35,506 nt of DNA from a virus (taxonomy: Duplodnaviria > Caudoviricetes), in the IMG/VR virus record IMGVR_UViG_3300044646_000999, positions 1 through 35,506 of that record; one strand, written 5' to 3'. A program made the translations under genes and the position numbers. Positions 1 through 7,065 of the stretch are shown here, one piece after another. Within the stretch, counting starts at the first letter, position 1. Each line of letters opens with the position of its first letter. Under the pieces are notes generated by a model, which saw only the letters and a list, made by a program, of their open reading frames with translations, was not told the origin of the DNA and ran no database searches.

Positions 1-1
1 A

Positions 2-115
2 CCAACCTCTTACAGACGAGTGATCGAGCACCGCAGTCTTGTCCCCATGCTTGCGAATGAAGCACGGCCAGAACTCATGCCAGCCTTCGGGGGTTGGGGT
101 TGTGTCAGGGTTCAT
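2..115 (-). CDS. Hypothetical protein, 3' end truncated by window edge (MNPDTTPTPEGWHEFW...)
   Basis: Its ATG overlaps the TGA of the resolvase gene (ATGA coupling) and the frame stays open to the edge. Confidence 0.55.
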   Translation of the reverse strand, partial: MNPDTTPTPEGWHEFWPCFIRKHGDKTAVLDHSSVRGW

Positions 116-567
116 TCGCCACCGCCTTTCGTTCTGCGGCAATACTCCGCGATCAGCAGGGCGTCCGCGTTCCAGTGAGCCACTTTGATCCCCGGAAACA
201 ACTGCCCGGCCTTCTGCTTCGTCACATTCTTGTCCCCCTTCGTGCGGCACGACAACGCCCCTTGCCACTTCGCCGGGTTCACCTCCTCGAAGGGGACGCA
301 ATATGCCGTCAGCAAGCCCCGCAGGAAGCCGTAGGACTGACCGAATTTGAACGAGGACGCCACGCCTTGCTTCGGCATGGAGTGGACACGCTCGATCAGG
401 GCAAAGGTCTCGGCGGTGTCCTTGTATCGCTCGTCCAGAAACGCAGCGACTCCCTGCTCCGTCTCCGACAAGCGGCAGAGCGAGATAGACGGCAGGCCCG
501 GAACAGGGTCCGTGTCGATCACCGCAATCGCACCGCTGGCACCGGGGTCGATACCGATGTAGATCAT
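112..567 (-). CDS. RuvC-like Holliday junction resolvase
   Basis: Starts MIYIGIDPGASGAIA. Carries the IE acidic residue, the QGVASSFKFG motif and a C-terminal ADALLIAEY. AGGAGG SD precedes ATG 567, with ATGA overlap to the upstream gene. Confidence 0.88.
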   Translation of the reverse strand: MIYIGIDPGASGAIAVIDTDPVPGLPSISLCRLSETEQGVAAFLDERYKDTAETFALIERVHSMPKQGVASSFKFGQSYGFLRGLLTAYCVPFEEVNPAKWQGALSCRTKGDKNVTKQKAGQLFPGIKVAHWNADALLIAEYCRRTKGGGE

Positions 568-767
568 GCTCGCCTCCTGTGTGCCTTCTCCGCCCACGCC
601 CGCCATTGACTGTGAAGCGCCGCCGCTTCCCGCTTTGGAAACCTCAGCGTCTTTTGCTCGAAGTGAACCATCTCGTTGTCGACCGCGGTGACGAACCGCT
701 CCTCTCGGTCCTTGAACGACCCACCCTCTCGCACCCATGTGTCTCCCGCGTCCGGTAGCATCATCAT
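564..767 (-). CDS. Hypothetical protein (67 aa)
   Basis: Fills the gap between ssb and the resolvase, and its stop is coupled to the next start. Confidence 0.65.
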   Translation of the reverse strand: MMMLPDAGDTWVREGGSFKDREERFVTAVDNEMVHFEQKTLRFPKREAAALHSQWRAWAEKAHRRRA

Positions 768-776
768 GCTCGCCTT

Positions 777-1190
777 TCAAAAAGGAACATCCGTGGCAGG
801 GTCGACACACCCTCCGTCCGGACCCGCATCCACCACCGCCGTCTCACCCGCAGGCTCAGGCTCACGCACGACAATCGGCGAAAGCGAGGTCACATGCTTC
901 GCGTTGATGACGTGGCGATAGTTCCACTTGCTGGTCGCCTTGTCCTGCCAGCTTTCTTGTTCCAACTCGCCGGACACGAGGATGCGACTGCCTTCCTCCA
1001 GCGTTTCGTACATCGCATCCGCCAAGCCGCCCCAGCACTTCACATCCACGAAGCACTTGATTTCGCGGCCCTTCACTTCCTTCTTCACCAACATCGGGAT
1101 TTTCGCCACGACAGAGTTGCCCGCCTGTCGTTTTTCGACGGGCTTGCTCACAACGCCGGTGATGATGATCTGGTTCATTTCGCCGTTCAT
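777..1190 (-). CDS. ssb: Single-stranded DNA-binding protein
   Basis: OB-fold motifs (MNQIIITG, FVDVKCWGGLA, GSRILVSGEL, SWQDK) and an acidic C-terminal DVPF tail. GGAGG SD precedes ATG 1190. Confidence 0.92.
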   Translation of the reverse strand: MNGEMNQIIITGVVSKPVEKRQAGNSVVAKIPMLVKKEVKGREIKCFVDVKCWGGLADAMYETLEEGSRILVSGELEQESWQDKATSKWNYRHVINAKHVTSLSPIVVREPEPAGETAVVDAGPDGGCVDPATDVPF

Positions 1191-1192
1191 TC

Positions 1193-1606
1193 TCAAACCT
1201 CCAAGCCAAGTTCTCTTGCCACGTCTTCCACCATCGACTTCGGCGGCTTCCACTCCGTTTCAACGCCCGAGGGGCAATACTGCTTGACCCGGTAGTGGCG
1301 GTCGCACGCTTCCACCACATCCTTGATGTCCGGGAATGCCTCGTTCGACAGCGCCGTTTCCAGCACGGCCCGATTCAGCACCGGCCACGGGTACTTGTTC
1401 AACACGGCGAACCACGCCCAAAGCTGAATCTTCGAGAACTCCATCGTTCGCTTGAGCGCGACCAACGCGAGCATCGACTCGGCGAACTGTTGTTTGGTCA
1501 TCGGCAAGGAAGTCGGCGACGGCGTCGAGGGTTCCCGCAATTCGCCGCTCGTTCGTGGTGGAACGACCGCCTTGAACAATGCCCCCATGTCCGTTGGTTC
1601 GCTCAT
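1193..1606 (-). CDS. Putative helicase loader/inhibitor, SPP1 G39P-like (alternative start 1501)
   Basis: The pattern MTKQQF...WAWFAVLNKYPWPVLNRAV...FPDIKDV resembles G39P-type domains, and the gene lies directly downstream of the initiator-like gene. Confidence 0.55.
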   Translation of the reverse strand: MSEPTDMGALFKAVVPPRTSGELREPSTPSPTSLPMTKQQFAESMLALVALKRTMEFSKIQLWAWFAVLNKYPWPVLNRAVLETALSNEAFPDIKDVVEACDRHYRVKQYCPSGVETEWKPPKSMVEDVARELGLEV

Positions 1607-1946
1607 TGTTTTTCGCCCATGTCCTAACAGCGGCTTGCCAGTCCTTCATCCCTTCTTTCCCCACCTTCCAGCCCTTCGATGCGTAGAAGTTCACGAACGT
1701 CTCCGCGTTCACGATATGGCCGTTCGCCTCGCAGTACCGCAGCACCTCGTCCACAGTCGGCGGCACGAACTTCTCGCCCCGTTTGACCGGCGTTTTTCCC
1801 TTCTTGCGGGCCTCGTAGCGTTCGACCAACGCTTCGGCAAACACCATCGCCGTCTCAGCCACTTGCCCCGGCGGATCATGCGGACGACTCGCCATCAACC
1901 GCCCGAACGCGACCAGCGCCGCGTCTTCCAGCATCGTCCTAGCCAT
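1260..1946 (-). CDS. Phage replication initiator-like protein (conserved C-terminal-type domain)
   Basis: FVPPTVDEVLRYC...FVNFYASKGWKVGKEGMKDWQAAVRTW is a motif typical of phage replisome organizer C-terminal domains. GGAG SD precedes ATG 1946. Confidence 0.7.
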   Translation of the reverse strand: MARTMLEDAALVAFGRLMASRPHDPPGQVAETAMVFAEALVERYEARKKGKTPVKRGEKFVPPTVDEVLRYCEANGHIVNAETFVNFYASKGWKVGKEGMKDWQAAVRTWAKNNERTNGHGGIVQGGRSTTNERRIAGTLDAVADFLADDQTTVRRVDARVGRAQANDGVLEDSALGVVRRVEQVPVAGAESGRAGNGAVERGIPGHQGCGGSVRPPLPGQAVLPLGR

Positions 1947-2487
1947 GCCGCTCCCCCAGGTACTGCTCGACCGCATCCTCAATCTTCTCTTCGTACTTGT
2001 CGCGGAACGCCGCCGATTGACGAATAAGGTCGCCGCCCACCAGCTTGCTCACGCGGTTGATGTAAATCGCACCGTTGTCGCCCACGGTCGGATCGGGCTT
2101 GTCCCGCTCGAACCAGACGCACACAACCGTCTCGCCGTCGTCCGTCTCGATGGTCACGGTTGCGGTTTGCATCTTGCCTGACACCTGGGCGGCGATCTTC
2201 GAGCCGAGTCCGTTCGACGATGGGATGCACGTCAGGTATTCCAGCACCGCCGCCCATCCCGGCAGCGACGCCTTGACGACGAACTCGCCCTTCTCGTCCT
2301 TCCCGTCCGTGTGCATCCGCACGAACGAACACAGCTTGTTCAGGGACTGCTCCATGACCGGCGTGATCTTGCCGCCCATGCCCCGCTTCTCGACGGTGAT
2401 CTGCCACGTTTCCGCCACCCACCGCCATTGGGCGACGGTCAGCGTGATCTCGCGGGTTTCAATCGGTTCCGCTGTTTTGCGTGCCAT
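1939..2487 (-). CDS. Hypothetical protein (182 aa)
   Basis: Protein-like composition, packed tightly into the operon. Confidence 0.75.
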   Translation of the reverse strand: MARKTAEPIETREITLTVAQWRWVAETWQITVEKRGMGGKITPVMEQSLNKLCSFVRMHTDGKDEKGEFVVKASLPGWAAVLEYLTCIPSSNGLGSKIAAQVSGKMQTATVTIETDDGETVVCVWFERDKPDPTVGDNGAIYINRVSKLVGGDLIRQSAAFRDKYEEKIEDAVEQYLGERHG

Positions 2488-2490
2488 CGG

Positions 2491-3324
2491 TCAGCCCCCG
2501 AGGATTTCCTTGCCGAACAGCACCTTGCGACGCCCGTAATTGACGGCGTAGAGGATCGACTTTCCGGCGTGCACAGACGTGTGGTCCACGGTGTTCATCG
2601 AGAACGACTTGTTGAATCGCTCGATGTCGCACTCGCGGCAGTGCGTGAGGAACACCTCATTGCCGACGCCACGCTCGCAATCGAGCTTCGTGTGAAGCCA
2701 CGCCATGCCCTGAACATGGGCCTTCATCCACCGCGACTTGCCGTGAACAAGCGCATGTACGGCAGCGAAAATCGTGCGTGCTTCGGTCTCTCCGCACTTC
2801 CGAACCACTTCGAGAAGTTGAGAAACACACTTCACACCCTTTGGGTTGTCGGAATCGCCGGAAACGTGCAGGCCAAGCTCGTCCAGCATCCTGACCACGA
2901 CACCGTGCTCCGGGCTTCCGGCGGTCTTCATGGCTCGGAACGTGTCCAGCGAACTGACCGGCTTGCGGTTCTTGTTGGCACCAATGAAGCCCGATGCTTC
3001 CTGCTTCACGTCGACAACGTCGAAGATGATGCAGGGCACCGTCTCGATATCGCTGCGACGCAAACACGCGGTGAGTCGATTGTTGCCGTCGACCACCCAC
3101 AGCGTTCCGTCAGGGCGGCGAGCAATAGTGAGGCAACCCATCGCCATCCAGCTAAAGTCGCGGCAAATCGCCTCTGCCTTTTCGGTGACTTCACGCTGGT
3201 AGCCGTCGTAGTCTGTCTTGATGAGCCGCTTGCTGACGTACTGCAAACGTCCCGGACGACCGGTTGACTTCCAGCCGTATCGCTCGATCTTGTCGACGCC
3301 CGCAACCTTTTCTGAGGTATCCAT
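2491..3324 (-). CDS. ParB/sulfiredoxin-fold (DGQHR-like, DUF6551-like) protein
   Basis: YQR motif, LWVVDGNNRL and EASGFIGANKNRKPVS. GAGG SD precedes ATG 3324. Confidence 0.72.
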   Translation of the reverse strand: MDTSEKVAGVDKIERYGWKSTGRPGRLQYVSKRLIKTDYDGYQREVTEKAEAICRDFSWMAMGCLTIARRPDGTLWVVDGNNRLTACLRRSDIETVPCIIFDVVDVKQEASGFIGANKNRKPVSSLDTFRAMKTAGSPEHGVVVRMLDELGLHVSGDSDNPKGVKCVSQLLEVVRKCGETEARTIFAAVHALVHGKSRWMKAHVQGMAWLHTKLDCERGVGNEVFLTHCRECDIERFNKSFSMNTVDHTSVHAGKSILYAVNYGRRKVLFGKEILGG

Positions 3325-3329
3325 CTTCC

Positions 3330-4298
3330 TCACTTCGCACCTCCCATCGACTTCCGTGCCACCGCGATCTGCGTCTTCGCATGACTCCGCACATCCGCCG
3401 GAACCGTGTCGTCCGAATCCAGGTCCGCCAGCAGGCCATCTAGTTCCGCCACCGCCGTCTTCTGCCCGACGACCGCCGTCCACCACGCCTTCGTGTGCGA
3501 TGCGGGCGTTTCCTGCGGGACGACCTTGGCTTCGAGGACCACGGGGGCAGGGGCTGGATCGGGTTCCGTCGCTCCAGTCAGCGACTCGACGAGTTGGTCC
3601 GACACCGACTTGTTAGAGACGGGCCGCACGACTTCGGCACGCTCGTGCTCGTCCTCGACGTTGATGATTTGGTTCATCTCCGGGCTTGTCGGCAGCCACT
3701 TTGTAAGGCGGCGGAACACCGTCTTCTTGGCCATCTCGTCGTAGTCCGTGACCCACGGCCCGTTGTTCGCCGACCGGCTTCTCGCCCGCACGGCGTCAAC
3801 CTCTTCCTTCGTCATGACGGCGTGAACCTCGCGACGATCCGGCAACACGCCCCTCGCCCAATAGGCGTAGACTTCGCCACGCGGCTTCGAGAAGTCGATC
3901 CCGTGCGAAACCCGACCATCCTTCCACTCGAAGTAATCGTTCCGGCAAACCTTGTTTGCCTCCACCAGCACGCCAATCCGATGGCAAAGCTGGACAAACC
4001 CCTTGTAGTCGACGATCAGCGTCAACTGGTCGCCGTAGGGAATCAGGTGCGCCATCCGCCCATCGGGTTCGAGGCCGACCGCCGACAGGTCCATCATGCA
4101 GCGGATGACCGACTCTTGCGTGCAGTTCGCAATCTTCGGGTTCCGGTTGATGGCATTCAGCATCACCCTCGCGAAACGATCAGGCGTCAGGTGTTTCGGA
4201 AGCGACATCGCCAGTTGCTGGCGGGTCGAGTCGGCGCTGATGAGCGACCGAATCTTGTTCAGCGGGGCCAGTTCCTTCGATTGCGTTGCCGTACTCAT
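3330..4298 (-). CDS. recT: RecT/Red-beta family single-strand annealing protein
   Basis: LPKHLTPDRFAR, GLEP, AHLIPYG, IVDYKG and GPWVTDYDEMAKKTV motifs. Confidence 0.93.
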   Translation of the reverse strand: MSTATQSKELAPLNKIRSLISADSTRQQLAMSLPKHLTPDRFARVMLNAINRNPKIANCTQESVIRCMMDLSAVGLEPDGRMAHLIPYGDQLTLIVDYKGFVQLCHRIGVLVEANKVCRNDYFEWKDGRVSHGIDFSKPRGEVYAYWARGVLPDRREVHAVMTKEEVDAVRARSRSANNGPWVTDYDEMAKKTVFRRLTKWLPTSPEMNQIINVEDEHERAEVVRPVSNKSVSDQLVESLTGATEPDPAPAPVVLEAKVVPQETPASHTKAWWTAVVGQKTAVAELDGLLADLDSDDTVPADVRSHAKTQIAVARKSMGGAK

Positions 4299-5199
4299 TC
4301 CGCCGCTTCCTCTCTCGCAAAACAACGTGTGACTTTTTCGTGAACGCCTTCACTTCCGTTTCAGGCATCGCCTTGCGGCTAATCTCCCACGGGACCGATG
4401 GGTGGAACGCAATCTCCGCATCCCCCATCGCGTGCAGCACCTTCGCCTTGAGCTTGTCCGCCCGTGCCGCCAACCGCTTCGCTCGTTGCTCCAGCCGCTG
4501 GCGTTGCATCCATGCCGCCGCCATCCGATCCGGCATCCGCAAGACCTTGCCCACGTCCACCGGGTACAGCCGGGCAATCGCTTCCAAGTCCGAGGCCCGC
4601 GACCAATCCGGCGGGGGTGGCGTCCGTGCCTCGACCATCGCCCAAAACTCTCGCGTCCGTGCGATGATGAGGTCGATGAGTCGGTCGTTCCGTTCGACTA
4701 CCCCGTGCCAGGAATCCTCGAAGCCCGTCATGCAGAACAGGTGAACCCTCTTGGCACCAGTGACGGCCATCTGTTGTTGTGCCTGACACACCCAGTTCAA
4801 CGGCGCTTGATCCGTCCCCGGTTCCCCAAGCTGAGAAGCAAACCGTGGATGAAGCGTCTTCAATTCCAACAAATCCCCGTTCTCCAGTTCCCCATCCGGC
4901 GTCGCCAGAAGGAACGTGTGCTCGGGGTGTTGGTACAACGGGCACGGGTGCGCCTTCACCTTGAGGCCCGACTGCTCTTGGAACTCCGCAATCAATAACG
5001 GCTCCAAGAGCGTTCCGCGCCGCATCGCCCGGTTCTCTACGGTCGCTGTTTCCGTCGTCTTTGACAGGTACAGGTCCAGCGGCGTCTGGTACGCTCCCGG
5101 CAGGCCCAGAAGTGAGGCCGACTCGCTTGCTCCGATACCTTGCTTTCTTTTTGCGTACCACTCGGGGGTCAGAGACGTAGCTAATGGGATCGGCAACAA
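4180..5199 (-). CDS. YqaJ-like (lambda exonuclease family) viral recombinase exonuclease
   Basis: EWYAKRKQGIGASE, RGTLLEP, LATPDG, LLELKT and QAQQQM motifs. The TTG start at 5199 follows GGAGG, and the gene is adjacent to recT. Confidence 0.92.
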   Translation of the reverse strand: MLPIPLATSLTPEWYAKRKQGIGASESASLLGLPGAYQTPLDLYLSKTTETATVENRAMRRGTLLEPLLIAEFQEQSGLKVKAHPCPLYQHPEHTFLLATPDGELENGDLLELKTLHPRFASQLGEPGTDQAPLNWVCQAQQQMAVTGAKRVHLFCMTGFEDSWHGVVERNDRLIDLIIARTREFWAMVEARTPPPPDWSRASDLEAIARLYPVDVGKVLRMPDRMAAAWMQRQRLEQRAKRLAARADKLKAKVLHAMGDAEIAFHPSVPWEISRKAMPETEVKAFTKKSHVVLRERKRRNEYGNAIEGTGPAEQDSVAHQRRLDPPATGDVASETPDA

Positions 5200-5545
5200 G
5201 GAGAGCCTCCAATTCACGAAGTTCGAGTTTCGTCCTCTGCCGCTTGAACCCCTCGACGATCCGCTCAGGACTCCACCCAAGCGCGTCGCAGCAGAAGTCA
5301 AACGGCAGACCCATCTCCCTCTTGCCCACCGGCTGCGTCATCCACAGCCACGCGCCGCGTGCATCCCGTCGCCGTCGCCGCACGTCGCAACCCTTCTTCA
5401 TCGTCTTGCCGTTCACGATGTCGAAGAAGCTCTTGAGCGATTGCAGCGCCTTCTCCACGACCGCTTCGCACAGGGCGATGTACGGGTCAGGGTCAGCACA
5501 ACCCTTGTCACGCACGATGCGGTAGACTCGCGGTTCTTCACGCAT
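4379..5545 (-). CDS. Hypothetical protein; only the first ~115 aa look genuine and the rest overlaps yqaJ
   Basis: GGAGG SD precedes ATG 5545, which overlaps the csrA end. The N-terminal part is protein-like (AWLWM...FDFCCDALG). The frame stays open ~820 nt into yqaJ. Confidence 0.6.
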   Translation of the reverse strand: MREEPRVYRIVRDKGCADPDPYIALCEAVVEKALQSLKSFFDIVNGKTMKKGCDVRRRRRDARGAWLWMTQPVGKREMGLPFDFCCDALGWSPERIVEGFKRQRTKLELRELEALLVADPISYVSDPRVVRKKKARYRSKRVGLTSGPAGSVPDAAGPVPVKDDGNSDRREPGDAARNALGAVIDCGVPRAVGPQGEGAPVPVVPTPRAHVPSGDAGWGTGERGFVGIEDASSTVCFSAWGTGDGSSAVELGVSGTTTDGRHWCQEGSPVLHDGLRGFLARGSRTERPTHRPHHRTDARVLGDGRGTDATPAGLVAGLGLGSDCPAVPGGRGQGLADAGSDGGGMDATPAAGATSEAVGGTGGQAQGEGAARDGGCGDCVPPIGPVGD

Positions 5546-5720
5546 CGTCAGCCCTCCGTGGCTTTGGCTGCCGCTCCTTCGCGTCGTCGCGGAGAACCTT
5601 CTGGTCCTCGGGGGCAACAATGCCCAGCTTCACTTTGTCGCCACGAATGTCGACAACCCGAATCCGGATGTAGCCACCAATGAAGATCGTCTCGTCCACC
5701 TTGCGAGTTAGTACCAGCAT
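5538..5720 (-). CDS. csrA: Carbon storage regulator CsrA/RsmA translational regulator
   Basis: MLVLTRKVDETIFIG...IRIRVVDIRGDKVKLGIVAP...VLR matches the CsrA family, including the RNA-binding Arg. AAGGAGG SD. Confidence 0.95.
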   Translation of the reverse strand: MLVLTRKVDETIFIGGYIRIRVVDIRGDKVKLGIVAPEDQKVLRDDAKERQPKPRRADDA

Positions 5721-5755
5721 CCTTGCCTCCTTGTTGTGGTTGTTGTTGCTTCGAG

Positions 5756-5888
5756 TGGATCGGGCAGGATTCGGACCTGCTTTGAGTGGTCGACTTGCTC
5801 TGCGACTTCGTCAGCCGAGGCCGGGCATTGAACCCGTTACACCACTCCATCCCGTTGTCGTAATGCGTTTCCCACACGCCGCCGATCC
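5756..5888 (-). ncRNA. tRNA-like RNA A (acceptor, D-like and T arms; long insert replaces the anticodon arm)
   Basis: 7-bp stem GGATCGG/CCGATCC plus A. D-like arm GCGT-GTGGGAA-ACGC. T arm GCAGG-TCCGAAT-CCTGC directly abuts the 3' acceptor strand. Confidence 0.65.
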
Positions 5889-5923
5889 GTTCACCACGAT
5901 TGCGTCCGTGGCTGGACTCCGGT

Positions 5924-5962
5924 TTACCCGTCGGCCTCTCGGCCAAACCAAATGGCTTTCAT
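5924..5962 (-). CDS. Possible 12-aa micropeptide MKAIWFGREADG
   Basis: ATG...TAA preceded by an ACGGAG SD-like sequence, located between the two tRNA-like RNAs. Confidence 0.25.
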   Translation of the reverse strand: MKAIWFGREADG

Positions 5963-5996
5963 TTCGCACGCTCCGTTTCTTCCGCTCGTCAGCGAT

Positions 5997-6116
5997 AGGA
6001 CCGGACGGGAGTCGAACCCACGAGGAAGACTTATTATCCGCTGCCGCTGGGACACCATGCCCTTGGTAGTGGCTTCCGCCGATATCGCCGCGTGTCACCG
6101 TCCACGCCGCCGATCC
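5997..6116 (-). ncRNA. tRNA-like RNA B (paralog of A)
   Basis: Stem GGATCGG/CCGGTCC, D-like arm GCGTG-GACGGTGA-CACGC and T arm GTGGG-TTCGACT-CCCGT. Its first 14 nt (GGATCGGCGGCGTG) are identical to those of RNA A. Confidence 0.68.
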
Positions 6117-6148
6117 AAAACGCCCATCCGTGGGCACTCACCGATCCG

Positions 6149-6268
6149 TCACATTCGCTTGTCGCCTTGCAGCGAGAACGCCACGGCGGTCAACACGGCC
6201 ACCAGCAGGCAGACCCCACCGCCAATCGCGTGGTCCGTCAGCACGAACTCGCCGAGCACAACGTCCAT
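6149..6268 (-). CDS. Small single-pass membrane peptide (39 aa)
   Basis: MDVVLGEFVLTDHAIGGGVCLLVAVLTAVAFSLQGDKRM has a hydrophobic helix and a GGAG SD. Confidence 0.55.
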   Translation of the reverse strand: MDVVLGEFVLTDHAIGGGVCLLVAVLTAVAFSLQGDKRM

Positions 6269-6421
6269 GTGTTGCTCCAAAGAAAGACCCTGCCCACGTT
6301 TAGCTAGGCGTGCGGGTCGAACACGCCCCCAAGGCCAAGTACACAAAGCCCGCTACGCGACATGGGCCTGCACGCCGGATCGGTCGCCAAACCAACGACC
6401 GCCACCGGGGGAGTTGCTTGC

Positions 6422-6640
6422 TTAGACCGAACCCACGTTGTCGGGGTCTTGGTCCAAGAACTCGCTCATGTCTCGCGCGGCAATATCGAGGGCCTTGGCG
6501 ACGATGGCTGAAACAACCAACGTCCCGACCTCTCCGACATCATTGCTGTGGCAGTTCGCCAGCACTTTGCCGTTCGCGTCGAGCACGAAACCGTTCAACG
6601 CCCTGACCGGCGTTGAGACAAACCCGAGAGGGTTCGACAT
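6422..6640 (-). CDS. Hypothetical protein (72 aa), first ORF of the early-left operon
   Basis: ATG 6640 with a GGGA SD-like sequence. The VLDANGKVLANC motif is of a kind common in small phage proteins. Confidence 0.6.
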   Translation of the reverse strand: MSNPLGFVSTPVRALNGFVLDANGKVLANCHSNDVGEVGTLVVSAIVAKALDIAARDMSEFLDQDPDNVGSV

Positions 6641-6764
6641 GACTGATCTTCCCACGATGGGGGGCATGAAGCCCCAACGGTGTAGCCACACCGCTTCGTC
6701 CAGCAGGACAGCGTTGTGGTGGTCCTGAATCAAGCCGTGGTTTTCACGCCACAGGCTCAACTCA

Positions 6765-6802
6765 CTTGACGAATGTTACTCAACATCGTAACATGCGTCA
6801 AG
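6765..6802. promoter_or_regulatory. Palindromic bidirectional sigma70-type promoter / operator (15-8-15 inverted repeat)
   Basis: CTTGACGAATGTTAC-tcaacatc-GTAACATGCGTCAAG, with 14/15 arm match. It reads TTGACG-N17-TAACAT on both strands. Confidence 0.75.
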
Positions 6803-6808
6803 GGATGT

Positions 6809-7030
6809 TCACAGATTTTTCTGATTTCGCAGTTTCGGCATGGTCGTCCGCGTCGCAAACTTCGCAAAATCAGCGACTTCGAGTATCCACGGCGAGCGGC
6901 CTTTGCTGCCGAATTTGCGCCCGATCTTCCCGGCGCGGCACAGGTAGTAAACAAGCTCCCGCGAACAACCGACATGATCGGCGAATTCATCGGGAGTCCA
7001 GAGTGTTTTGTCGTGTGGTAGTGGTTTCAT
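6809..7030 (-). CDS. Small HTH DNA-binding protein (excisionase/Cro-like)
   Basis: WTPDEFADHVGCSRELVYYLCRAGKI fits the Xis/MerR-type HTH pattern, and the gene is divergent from the integrase. Confidence 0.8.
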   Translation of the reverse strand: MKPLPHDKTLWTPDEFADHVGCSRELVYYLCRAGKIGRKFGSKGRSPWILEVADFAKFATRTTMPKLRNQKNL

Positions 7031-7037
7031 ACCACCA

Positions 7038-7065
7038 ATCGTAAACTCTGGAATCGGGTTTGCAA
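7038..7065 (-). promoter_or_regulatory. Putative promoter giving a leaderless HTH mRNA
   Basis: TTGCAA-N16-TACGAT followed by 7 nt to the ATG, with no strong SD. Confidence 0.55.

Noticed and set aside
5790-5836. CTGACGA and a CGGG-TTCAATG-CCCG T-loop-like hairpin inside RNA A
   Set aside because: No GAAA follows stem II, so it is not a hammerhead. No matching acceptor stem exists for a separate tRNA.
5941-6004. Second hammerhead-like core on the minus strand (CTGACGA 5992-5986, GAAA 5965-5962) just 3' of RNA B
   Set aside because: The stems are only 3-4 bp with several GU pairs, the cleavage triplet would be AUU, and CTGACGA occurs by chance elsewhere. Not called, though a cleavage test would be cheap.
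5756-6116. Canonical tRNA genes or tmRNA
   Set aside because: No 5-bp/7-nt anticodon arm and no U8/A14 consensus. Too short for tmRNA and no tag ORF.
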